This document shows, piece after piece, positions 10,470 to 19,675 of a stretch of 19,675 nt of DNA. The position numbers and the translations under genes were made by a program. Source of the DNA: Octopus sinensis (taxonomy: Eukaryota); assembly GCF_006345805.1 (NCBI RefSeq), contig NW_021824117.1, forward strand, positions 1 to 19,675. Reading direction: 5' to 3'. Each line of letters starts with the position of its first letter. Position 1 is the first letter of the stretch. A model generated the notes under the pieces. It worked only from the letters and a program-made list of their open reading frames with translations. It was not told where the DNA came from and ran no database searches.

Positions 10470-11174
10470 GTGCGTGTCTTATGTTTGCACTTTGCTGTGG
10501 TCTCCCCAGCAATATTCCACTGTTAATCGAGTATATTATACATCTATCCATGTTTATCACGGTTGTTTGGTTCTATGAAAAATCGCCGTGTTAAATGAAT
10601 CAGATAGCTAAATGCTAAAACGTATGGGTGAAAACGTTGTCCTGAGCAATGTGGATGGCTGCTGGAGTTAAATTTTACAGTCCAAGCAGAATCTTTCACT
10701 GATCGCCAACCTGTTTTGTCACACATCAATCCGTGATAAGCGTAACACGGTTCACAGCGTAACGTGTTATCCTGAATCCTTGATGAATGAATCAGCAATA
10801 AACGAGGACAGCTGGACTTGATTATATCCGCCACATCATTGTAGTTTCTTATATCTGTCGCCTATAACAATAATCCTTCCTTCGGAGTTCATTATGTAAT
10901 CTTCTAACCTCGACATCCTGCCTAACAGGTAGCTAATACCACTGACAGCTTGCTGGCAAATCTCAATCTTTTAACCACTGACCGGTGGTCAATTTTGGAA
11001 TCAGTGTCCACGACCAAGTCTCCTCCGAATGTTCTTCTACTTTTAAGATGCACTTATGTGTATGCATGTATATATATGTATATGAATATACGTATACATG
11101 CGTATACATGCGTATACATACGTATACATGCGTATAAAGATACAACGCGCGCACACACACACGCGCATATACAT

Positions 11175-11250
11175 CCCATCTTTTAAACCAAGATAACACT
11201 TTCAATCAGTGAAGATGTGAAGCCATGAGAGCCACTGCCTGGTATTGCAT
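11175..11250. mobile_element. Short, internally deleted copy of the 12053-12599 element end
   Basis: gataacactttcaatcagt...gaagccatgagagccactgcctggtattgcat matches 12541-12599. Confidence 0.75.
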
Positions 11251-11258
11251 TTGGGCAT

Positions 11259-11830
11259 TTATTATTATCCACTTCCATCTGTATGGCACGCTCTCTTTGT
11301 ATATCTTTCTTGTCCTTCTCTCCTATTCACCTGTTCTTTCTTAACTAGCTTTAGTAGTTTTTCTGAACTGCTCTGTAAATTTCTTCCCATCTCTACACAT
11401 TCTTCTACTGGTACTAAATCCCTTCCATCCTGGTCTCTCCTCGGGTACAGTCGGTTGACATCAGCTTTCGGATGGTGGGCTCTAGACATCGTCAACAACT
11501 TCCTAATTTTTCTGTCATGTTTCTTTTTATCGTTTCTGTTCCAGTTTATAATTTCAATTCTGTATCTGATTAAAGGTACAGCTCTTGAATTTATTGCTTC
11601 AATGATATTTTTGGAATCCAGCTTTCACTCCAATAATTTTCTGAATCTCCTTGTATACTCTCGACTGGAAATTTGCTTCATTTCTTCATCTGTTTTTTTT
11701 ACCTCGTCTGGTTTCAATTTTCCCAAATATTTATACGACTTTCTTTTTTCAACCACTCTCGTTGGTTGCTCATTTGACATTTCAATTCCCCTGCTTTCTT
11801 TCAAATCATCCTCGGTTCACTTTCAATACA
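11259..11830 (-). mobile_element. R4/Dong-clade non-LTR retrotransposon, post-RT fragment
   Basis: SYKYLG, NIIEAINSRAVPLIRY, DRKIRKLLTMSRAHHPKADVNRLYPRRDQDGRDL. Internal stops. Abuts (TAA)n. Confidence 0.85.
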
Positions 11831-11834
11831 CTAT

Positions 11835-11849
11835 GTATTATTATTATTA

Positions 11850-11927
<78 letters not shown>

Positions 11928-12052
11928 TTATTATTATTATTATTATATATTATTATTCTTATTATTATTTATTATTATTATTTATTATTTATTATTATAT
12001 TATCTTATATTATTATTATTATTATTATATTATTATTATTATCATTATTATT
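11835..12052. repeat. (TTA)n microsatellite
   Basis: Directly visible. Further tracts at ~12599-12688, 12929-13006 and 13474-13897 (mixed TTA/TCA). Confidence 0.95.
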
Positions 12053-12599
12053 GAGTGAGAGAGCAGAGCATGCCATCAAAGTGACACTGGAGTAAAATAT
12101 ACGAAGCCCAGTATACCCATCATGACTACCTGTCTGATAAGGGTACACCAGGCACATGCATCACAACCATATGTGCGCGACATGGTGATCTCATATCAAG
12201 GTAAACAACACATGACCTTGCAGGTGGGGCCCAGTTAGAATTTTCTTCTGGTCGAGTAACCCATCCCGCCCAAAAGGTCCCTGAATAAGGGTTGTTTAAG
12301 GATGTTGAAAGAACCACCCATGTTTCCAGAGGTGAATTATTCAAACCCCAAAGAATCCCTCTCAACACATGGCTATGATGCTCCCCCACTACTTCTGCTC
12401 GTGATCAGAGATGCACATATCGTCAGCCACTAAGGGACATGCTCAACTGGTTAAGGTCAAACAACTGACAAGCAAATCTGTGGTATTGAGCAGAATATTT
12501 GCTGTAGCCATCTTTTATACCAAGACAAAACAATGTACATGATAACACTTCCAATCAGTTAAGATCAGAAGCCATGAGAGCCACTCCCTGGTACTGCAT
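12053..12599. mobile_element. ~550-bp non-coding interspersed element (SINE-like) inserted in (TTA)n
   Basis: GC-richer block with sharp boundaries and TTA repeats on both sides. A partial second copy lies at 11175-11250. No clear A/B boxes. Confidence 0.65.
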
Positions 12600-12623
12600 T
12601 ATTATTATTTATTATTATTATTA

Positions 12624-12676
<53 letters not shown>

Positions 12677-12688
12677 ATTATTAATTAT

Positions 12689-12900
12689 TCAGTAGTTTTA
12701 TTTTTAGAGCGTGCTTTCATTTCACTACCGAGCGCAGCTCTGTGTGCCTTGGGTATGTGCTGTGATTTGTTGTGATGCTCTGATGGTTTTGTATGGAAAG
12801 TGTTCTGCGTAGGATGTGTGCATGCCTAGTAGTGCAATTTTCTGTATGTTATATGTGTTTGTAAGTCCTGGTGTTTTTGTTATGTATTTGTCTGAATATT
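12689..12900 (-). mobile_element. R4/Dong 3' terminal fragment
   Basis: KYITKTPGLTNTYNIQKIALLG, matching the end of an RLE-type ORF, followed by a short 3' UTR and (TAA)n. Confidence 0.75.
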
Positions 12901-12926
12901 TTTTTGTCTGAATATTTGTCTGAATA

Positions 12927-13006
<80 letters not shown>

Positions 13007-13007
<1 letters not shown>

Positions 13008-13474
13008 TATGTTTGACTTTTGCTTTATGTCTGTACAAGTTGGCTCCAAGTCTCACCCAGAGACCTCAAGAGACAACAGGTTGGAAGTTCACGTTGTTGT
13101 TATGCCTAGTGTGCCATATATTTGGGTTTTTTTGGTGTGGTACTAGTGAATGTCTAATACATAGATTTAAAAAAAAAAGTTTGTTTTAAAACTTGAGATT
13201 ACATAGAAAGTATTTTGCGTAGGATATGAGCAGTTCCCATGAGCACTATCTTTTGAATTTCTGCCATTTTGGGGTTTCCTGGTATCTGAGTTAGGTAGCA
13301 ATCAGCCCCTTTTGCTATCATTCCCAGGACATCTATGACAACAGGTATTGTTTTAGTCTTCAGGTCCCACATTTTGCTGATTTCTATTTCAAGATCTTTA
13401 TATTTGCTCAGTTTTTGGTAGGTCTTGACAGATACGTTATATCGATTGGGACAGTCATATCAATGAGGAGGCAT
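13007..13474 (-). mobile_element. R4/Dong restriction-like endonuclease 3' fragment
   Basis: CLLIDMTVP...KLSKYKDLEIEISKMWDLKTKTIPVVIDVLG...IQKIVLMGTAHILRKILSM*, then 3' UTR and (TAA)n. Confidence 0.88.
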
Positions 13475-13619
13475 ATTATTATTATTATTATCATTATTAG
13501 TATTATGTATTATTATTATTATTATGATTATTATTATTATTATTATAATTATTGGATTATTATTATTATTATCATCATTATTCTTATTATTACGATTATT
13601 ATTATTATTATTATTATTA

Positions 13620-13653
<34 letters not shown>

Positions 13654-13801
13654 CATTATTATTTTATTATATATTATTAATATTATAATTATATTATAAT
13701 TATTATTAATTATTATTATTATCATCATCATCATCATTATCATTATCATTACCATTATTATTATTATTATTATCATCATCATCATCATCATCATCATCCT
13801 C

Positions 13802-13863
<62 letters not shown>

Positions 13864-13897
13864 ATCATCATCATCATCATTATTATTAACATCATCA

Positions 13898-14420
13898 TAT
13901 ACACACATCAAATTAGACTGCTGGGAAAGAAAACATCCTAACATCGGGCTACAGCAAATAACCTTCGATGCCAAAACCCCACTAAGTATCCTAGCTGTCC
14001 CTAATAACACTGTTCTCTGCAGCAGTACTAAATTGGGTTCTATGTCTATTTCCTCTATATATCTCTTCAGATCTTTAGGGATAGTTCCCGATGCACCTAT
14101 AACTACTGGGATACCTTTTACCCGCACTTCCCATAGTCTCTGTAATTCGATGGCTAGGTCCTGGTACTTTGCTATTTTCTCTATTCCTCTCATATTAATT
14201 TTTTCATCATTTGGTATTGTAAAATCAATTTATCTGGCACTTTCTATTCGCTTTACCCACTACTACCAAATCAGACCTTCTAGCTTCTATTACTCTGTCA
14301 GTCTGAATGTTAAAGTCCCACAACATCCTGTATTCCTAACTTTCTACTACTTTACCAGCTTCGTGTTCATACCATTTATCAATATGTTCAAATCCTAGCT
14401 TTCTACTAAGCTCCCAGTGG
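13898..14420 (-). mobile_element. R4/Dong restriction-like endonuclease 3' fragment (different subfamily)
   Basis: HWELSRK...KWYEH...LWDFNIQTDRVIEARRSDLVVV...IDFTIP...EKIAKYQDLAIELQRLW...IPVVIGASG...LQRTVLLGTARIL. Confidence 0.9.
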
Positions 14421-14724
14421 TTCCTCTCCCCAGATCTAATTTTTATGTGTGTCCGAGCCATAAAACATTATTCCAAGTGTTTTTCCTGCATCATGGTTTC
14501 TGACCCAACATGATGCCATGTTGGTGAACATGACACCATGTTGGTGCCTGCACCAGTTGCCCTTTTTGGCCAGCTGCTGCCTCCATCTTCGAAGCTGGCG
14601 AAAAGAATGCTACGCGTGTCTTTTATGCCTCGTTTTGCATAAAATGAAAACATGCCACTAAATATGTAATGTGGACATACGTGCGTATGTTTCGATGGCT
14701 GTTGACTTGCCTAACTCCAGACCA

Positions 14725-14732
14725 ACACACAC

Positions 14733-14820
<88 letters not shown>
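14725..14820. repeat. Near-perfect (CA)n microsatellite
   Basis: Directly visible, with one interruption. Confidence 0.97.
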
Positions 14821-14822
<2 letters not shown>

Positions 14823-16036
14823 GCTTGTGTGCACGGATACAGAAATACACTCAAACACAAGCACAGACACTCATACATGTAGTCGTACATCTCAATGTAG
14901 ATGTAACATTAGCTATTATTTATAACAAGTATTCGAAGTACATTGTTTATATAAGACCCACATACACTCACAAACACACTCACACACACACATATATATA
15001 TATGTATTGCGTCATTCATATGTGGTGTGTGTGTGTGTGTGTGTGTGTGCGTGTGTGTGTGTGTGTGTGTCTATACATGTATGTAAGGCATTAAATAGCC
15101 CAATACTGGGAAATGATAAGAGTGAAAGGAGTGGAGAGTGAGAGAAAGTAGAAGAAAGGAAAAGACGTGCGTGCGTGCGTGCGTGTGTGTGCGCGCGCGC
15201 ACAGAAAAAGAGAGAAAGAGGAAGTAAGAGAGAAGGGGGAGTGAGAGAGAGAGAAACTGATAAGAATCTAGGCTATTCTATAAATAAATTTCCACGCTGT
15301 TTAGCTTTATATATTTTCTACAAACAGTTTGTATCAAATATTTCCTCCGAGTGCCTTTAAACCTTATTTCGTTGCTTATTTCCAATATCGAAATGCCATA
15401 TAAAACCACCAACTCCAACAGCATGCATTTAATATTCATTCTTATGAATTATTTGGTCTAAGGTAAGACCAGCTCTTCTAACTCTGACGTTTCAATTTAT
15501 CTCCGACTGTGTAATATTTTCTCTACATTTTCAAAGTTTGACAAGTTCAACCACTTCGCTGCTCCACTTCGTTTCATTGTAACACTTGCAACGATATTTT
15601 TCACAATTCAACGAATTTGTTTTATCAAAGTTTCCCTTTGTGCCGATACAGCTCACAGTCTGTCTATGGTTATAAAGGTAGCTTGTAGGCCAGACGGCCC
15701 TGCTTAAGCAGACCTAAAGGTTTCTCACCTGTGACATCCCGTTCTTCAGTCGCTCATATTCCATCTAGTTACATTGTCCTTTGTATCCTTTGATAATTGG
15801 AAACTTTAAAATGTGGTTTTATTTGAGAGGAATTTTGCTGCTATCTCTGGCAAACGGAGGGATTGGGTTCATGGTCGATCGACTTTAGAATGATATTTCC
15901 GTTTACTTGTAAAATATCGGAGATAACATGTATATATACATAAAATCATGCATGCATATATACCTGTACGTATGTATGCAGGTATTTAGGCATGCATCCT
16001 TGTATTTTTTACGTAACAACATACATAGAAACATAC

Positions 16037-16220
16037 ATGTATGTATGTATGCATGTATGTATGTATGTATGTATGTATGTATGTATGTATGTATGTATGT
16101 ATGTATGTATGTATGCGTGTATGTATGTATGTGTGTATGTATGTATGCATGTATGTATGTATGTATGTGTATGTATGTATGTGTATGTATGTATGTATTT
16201 ATGTATGTATGTGAGTGTAT
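16037..16220. repeat. (TATG)n microsatellite
   Basis: Directly visible. It continues at 16601-16758 on the other side of the SINE. Confidence 0.95.
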
Positions 16221-16592
16221 GGAACGTGGAAGCACTCCGTCGGTTACGACGATGAGGGTTCCGGTTGATCCGAATCAACGGAACAGCCTGCTCGTGAAAT
16301 TAACTCCACAGACACGTGCACCCTTAACGTAGTTCTCGGGGATATTCAGCGTGACACAGAGAGTGACAAGGCCGGCCCTTTGAAATACAGGTACAACAGA
16401 AACAGTAAGTAAGAGTGAGAGAAAGTTGTGGTGAAAGAGTAGAGCAGGGATCACCACCACCCCCTGCCGGAGCCTCGTGGAGCTTTTAGGTGTTTTCGCT
16501 CAATAAACACTCACAACGCCCGGTCTGGGAATCGAAACCGCGATCCTATGACCGCGAGTCCGCTGCCCTAACCACTGGGCCATTGCGCCTCC
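16221..16592 (-). mobile_element. tRNA-derived SINE, apparently near full length
   Basis: Minus 5' end reads GGAGGCGCAATGGCCCAGTGGTTAGGGCAGCGGACTCGCGGTCATAGGATCGCGGTTTCGATTCCCAGACC. A box is TGGCCCAGTGG and B-box-like motif is GGTTTCGATTCC. A ~300-bp tRNA-unrelated body follows, ending at (CATA)n. Confidence 0.88.
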
Positions 16593-16715
16593 ACCTGTGA
16601 GTGTATGTATGTATGTATGTATGTATGTATGTATGTATGTATGTATGTATGTATGTATGTATGTATGTGTGTGAATGTATGTATGTATGTATTTATGTAT
16701 GTATGTGTGTATGTA

Positions 16716-16746
<31 letters not shown>

Positions 16747-16758
16747 CTATGTGTGTGT

Positions 16759-16824
16759 GAGGCGCAATGACCCAGTGGTTAGGGCAGCGGACTCGCGGTT
16801 GTAGGATCGCGGTTTCGATTCCCA
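16759..16824 (+). mobile_element. tRNA-like head only of the same SINE family, head-to-head with 16221-16592
   Basis: Reverse complement of ~16526-16591 with about 3 substitutions. It stops right after the B box. Confidence 0.88.
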
Positions 16825-17470
16825 AAAACAGGAAAATAGCATTCAGCCAACACATAGACATTTGCGCCAATAACAAAAATGCAAGCTTCAGAATTGTTCC
16901 CCTCTACCAATTGAGGGACGATACAACCTGTAGCCAACGAATTAGTAAAGAGCCTCTCATTATTACGAAATACAGACCCTTTTTGAACACGTCTACAACA
17001 AGCGACATATCCACCACGGCCTTAGAATAACACAAACACACACACAAATATTAAAAAATGATACACTCAAGAGATCCCCAATCACTGCTATAATCCATAA
17101 CGAGTCACTTTTAGGTCACTTGACCATTTAATATCCTACTACTATCATACTACCTACATTCCTTCTTATTCTCCATTCTCTTTCTTCTTCTTCTTCTTCT
17201 TCTTCTTCTTCTTCTTCCCTACCAAGAATTCACAACGACCTCGAACCCACAAGAGAGACAGAGACAGGCAGAGACAGGCAGAGACAAGTAAAATGCCCCT
17301 TGTATTTGAATACTCTGCAAATATTCTTTAAAAAAACTTTTCTTTCAATTTTTCCAAAATTCAATTGTTTTCTATACTTGCAGTTGAAAAAGTCTCAATG
17401 ACTGAAACCGGTACTGAAATGTTTTTTATAAAATAATTTTAGCATTTTCTACATTGATTCTTTTCCAAAT
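16825..17470 (+). mobile_element. Penelope-like element 3' fragment (GIY-YIG C-terminus and 3' UTR)
   Basis: RKIAFSQHIDICA...FRIVPLYQL...QRISKEPLIITKYRPFLN aligns with RMIPFSEHIEKCA...FLIFPFYQC...IRLNKETFFIEKYMP at 8372-8602. Confidence 0.82.
17378..17419 (+). ncRNA. Minimal type-I hammerhead ribozyme with compensatory U3-A8 core
   Basis: ttgCAG-TTGAAAA(17384-90)-AGTC-tcaat-GACT-GAAA(17404-07)-CCGG-TA-CTGaaa. All three stems pair. Predicted GUA cleavage after 17413. Confidence 0.78.
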
Positions 17471-17495
17471 ACACATATATATATACACACGTATG

Positions 17496-17527
<32 letters not shown>

Positions 17528-17659
17528 TTATATTATATTATATATATGTTTATAACACACACATATAATATATACACATATATATATATGTATATATATA
17601 TACACGTATATATCTATATATATATGTATATATTGTATATATATATATATATATGTATG

Positions 17660-17706
<47 letters not shown>

Positions 17707-17835
17707 TTTTTTATATTATATACAAGTATATATATATATATACGTATATATATATATATATACATACACGTATATCTATATATACGTAATATATATATAG
17801 ATGTATATGTGTGTGTGTGTGTGTGTGCATTGCGA

Positions 17836-18120
17836 AACAGGATCTCCCAGCAGCCCCCCTCTTGACCCAGAGCAGCACTACCTCCTCCAGGCACTTGAAG
17901 TAGGCCTCCGTGTTGAGTGTGAGGCTGTGTTGGAAGAGAAGTGGAGCCATAACGTCTCCATCACTAGCGATCACTCCAGACACCACGAGGTTGACTGGAT
18001 GTTTGACATTTACCACTCTCCGTTCCTGTCTTCAGATTGCACTCTCCTCCGTTTGACACAAAAACATTCTGAAATGTTCGTATGGGAGCTTCCAGCGCGA
18101 ATGCCAAGCAGTACAGCAAA
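17836..18120 (-). pseudogene. Internally deleted Tc1/mariner-superfamily transposase remnant
   Basis: [24 protein letters not shown]...[20 protein letters not shown] matches the K(H/F)PxxxMVWG segment between the first and second catalytic Asp. It is cut off before the QQD motif. Confidence 0.8.
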
Positions 18121-18125
18121 TGCCT

Positions 18126-18196
18126 TCTACTATGGCCTCGGGCCAACCAAAGACTTGTGAGTGGATTTGGTTGACGGAAACTGAAAGAAGCCTGTC
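18126..18196 (+). mobile_element. Short 3' tail of an interspersed retro-repeat
   Basis: ttgtgagtggatttggttgacggaaactgaaagaagcc followed by (TA)n. Recalled as a common cephalopod SINE tail, not verified. Confidence 0.4.
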
Positions 18197-18228
<32 letters not shown>

Positions 18229-18274
18229 CTATATTATATAGATATATATAACATGTTTCTATGTATGCATGTAT

Positions 18275-18337
<63 letters not shown>

Positions 18338-18574
18338 ACACTACATACATATATATATAATTATATAATTATATTTATACATATATAATTATATAAATAT
18401 ATATACACATGTATATTTATATATATACATACATATAAATATATATACACATATATATTTATTATATAACTGACCAAACTCTCACCCATCAATTTCAGTC
18501 AAATTTATTTAATATATACTTAAACTATCTCAATACTACATTAATAATATTTTTAAAAATATCATTTATGTAGT

Positions 18575-18606
<32 letters not shown>

Positions 18607-18625
18607 CAACAAGAATGGATTAAAA

Positions 18626-18712
18626 TCTCGGTACAATTGTTTCGTACGAGGACATCTTTAATAAGCTACAAAAATGCAGTAAATATAGCTGGCTCGTACT
18701 CGTCAGCCGAAA
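18626..18712 (-). ncRNA. Type-I hammerhead ribozyme, intact (left arm)
   Basis: Minus strand reads TTTCGG-CTGACGA-GTACGAG...CTCGTAC-GAAA-CAATTG-TA-CCGAGA. Confidence 0.88.
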
Positions 18713-19172
18713 AAACATCAGAGATTCCCAAACATCAAAAGGGGTAGATACAAATGAGGGTGTAAGTTTAACTGCATTTGTACCCAAAATTTCTTCACAT
18801 AACTTGATTAATAATTCACTATGAACTATATGGACATGCACATATTCTGTAAGTTCAAGACTTTTCATCGGATCTCCAGGAATCGAACTTCTCTGTGATT
18901 CTTGTAAATTTCAATAACAATCTGTTCTTCTACACGATATGACAGTCACTTTGCTTCTTACTCGGATTCTCAGAAATTTCGCATGACTGTATCCAAAATT
19001 TCTTCACATAACTTGATTAACAATTCACTATGAGCTATATATGGACATGAACAAATTCTGTAAGTTCAAGACCTTTCATCGGATCTCCAGGAATCGAACT
19101 TTCTTCAATGCAGTTAAACTTACACCCTTATTTGTATCTACCCCTTTTGATGTTTGGGAATCTCTTATGTTT

Positions 19173-19260
19173 TTTCGGCTGACGAGTACGAGCCATCTAT
19201 ATTTACTGCATTTTTTGTAGCTTATTAAAGATGTCCTCGTACGAAACAATTGTACCGAGA
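19173..19260 (+). ncRNA. Type-I hammerhead ribozyme, intact (right arm)
   Basis: TTTCGG-CTGACGA(19179-85)-GTACGAG/CTCGTAC (7-bp stem II)-GAAA(19243-46)-CAATTG-TA-CCGAGA. Stem III palindrome is ACAATTGT. Predicted GUA cleavage after 19254. Confidence 0.9.
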
Positions 19261-19411
19261 TTTTAATCCATTCTTGTTGCTTTTTCCTATTTGTAATCAC
19301 CCCACTTGTCGTATGGTTAACACCATATAGATTTCCGGTGCATCCTAGTTAAGGAGCATATTCATGTGAATTCATTAGAATTCACTTGAATCTCAATTAC
19401 TTAAACCGAGT

Positions 19412-19446
<35 letters not shown>

Positions 19447-19675
19447 TGCATTTCGGGATGGTCACTATATATTTTTTCTACGCTCGTTTGTTATTGTTCT
19501 CCTGTTATTATTTTAACTCACGTCCATTGTCCGGAAATCTTTTGTCACACATCTGTGACCTATTCAGCGACATTTTTCGCTTTCGTGTGTGTTCTTGCTC
19601 TACGTACTCCATTGAAGTGACTATCGACATGAGTTAAATTACTAAAATATAAGAATAGCAATAAACGAGTCAGAA

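Larger units (their letters stand above)
18601..19285. repeat. Inverted repeat, ~178-bp arms (18601-18778 / 19107-19285), one HHR per arm, with a ~112-bp direct duplication in the spacer
   Basis: Arms are near-identical reverse complements. Direct repeats lie at 18779-18890 and 18988-19101. Confidence 0.95.

Noticed and set aside
11091-11135. (CGTATACATG)n and other short tandem repeats (12887-12930, 17249-17286) as CRISPR-like arrays
   Set aside because: Spacerless slippage repeats in eukaryotic DNA, with no cas genes.
11230-11250. CCTGGTATTGCA resembling U2 snRNA stem-loop IV
   Set aside because: Only 12 nt. There is no U2 5' end, branch-pairing region or Sm site, and the other copy differs.
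11245-12058. 269-aa plus-strand hydrophobic ORF
   Set aside because: It is the antisense of the R4 fragment running into (TTA)n.
12496-13960. 14-nt inverted match between the 550-bp element (12496-12509) and the R4 3' region (13947-13960)
   Set aside because: A single 14-mer match is roughly chance level in a 20-kb self-comparison, and the orientation is inconsistent with a shared tail.
15481-15540. Minus-strand TTGAAAA...GAAACGTC as a third U3-A8 hammerhead
   Set aside because: Stem I is only 2 bp and stem II does not close at the core.
16519-16592. Functional tRNA gene (also 16759-16824)
   Set aside because: No proper acceptor stem. One copy continues into a SINE body and the other is truncated.

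Overview
AT-rich, gene-free animal intergenic DNA, most likely from an octopus or other coleoid cephalopod (inferred from the repeat repertoire, not proven). It consists almost entirely of microsatellites and decayed transposons: two CR1/L2-group LINE RT fragments, two Penelope-like (PLE) GIY-YIG fragments, four R4/Dong-type fragments in (TAA)n tracts, tRNA-derived SINEs, a Tc1/mariner remnant and a Helitron-like MITE. No intact host gene is supported, and most listed ORFs are microsatellite translations. The main hidden signal is eight minimal type-I hammerhead ribozyme (HHR) motifs from about six unrelated sequence contexts, all with a palindromic or near-palindromic stem III. Five of them sit in divergent inverted-repeat dyads. 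The two lying 3' of PLE endonuclease remnants share a compensatory U3-A8 core (UUGAAAA instead of CUGAnGA). Folds were assigned by eye, and none has been computed or tested.
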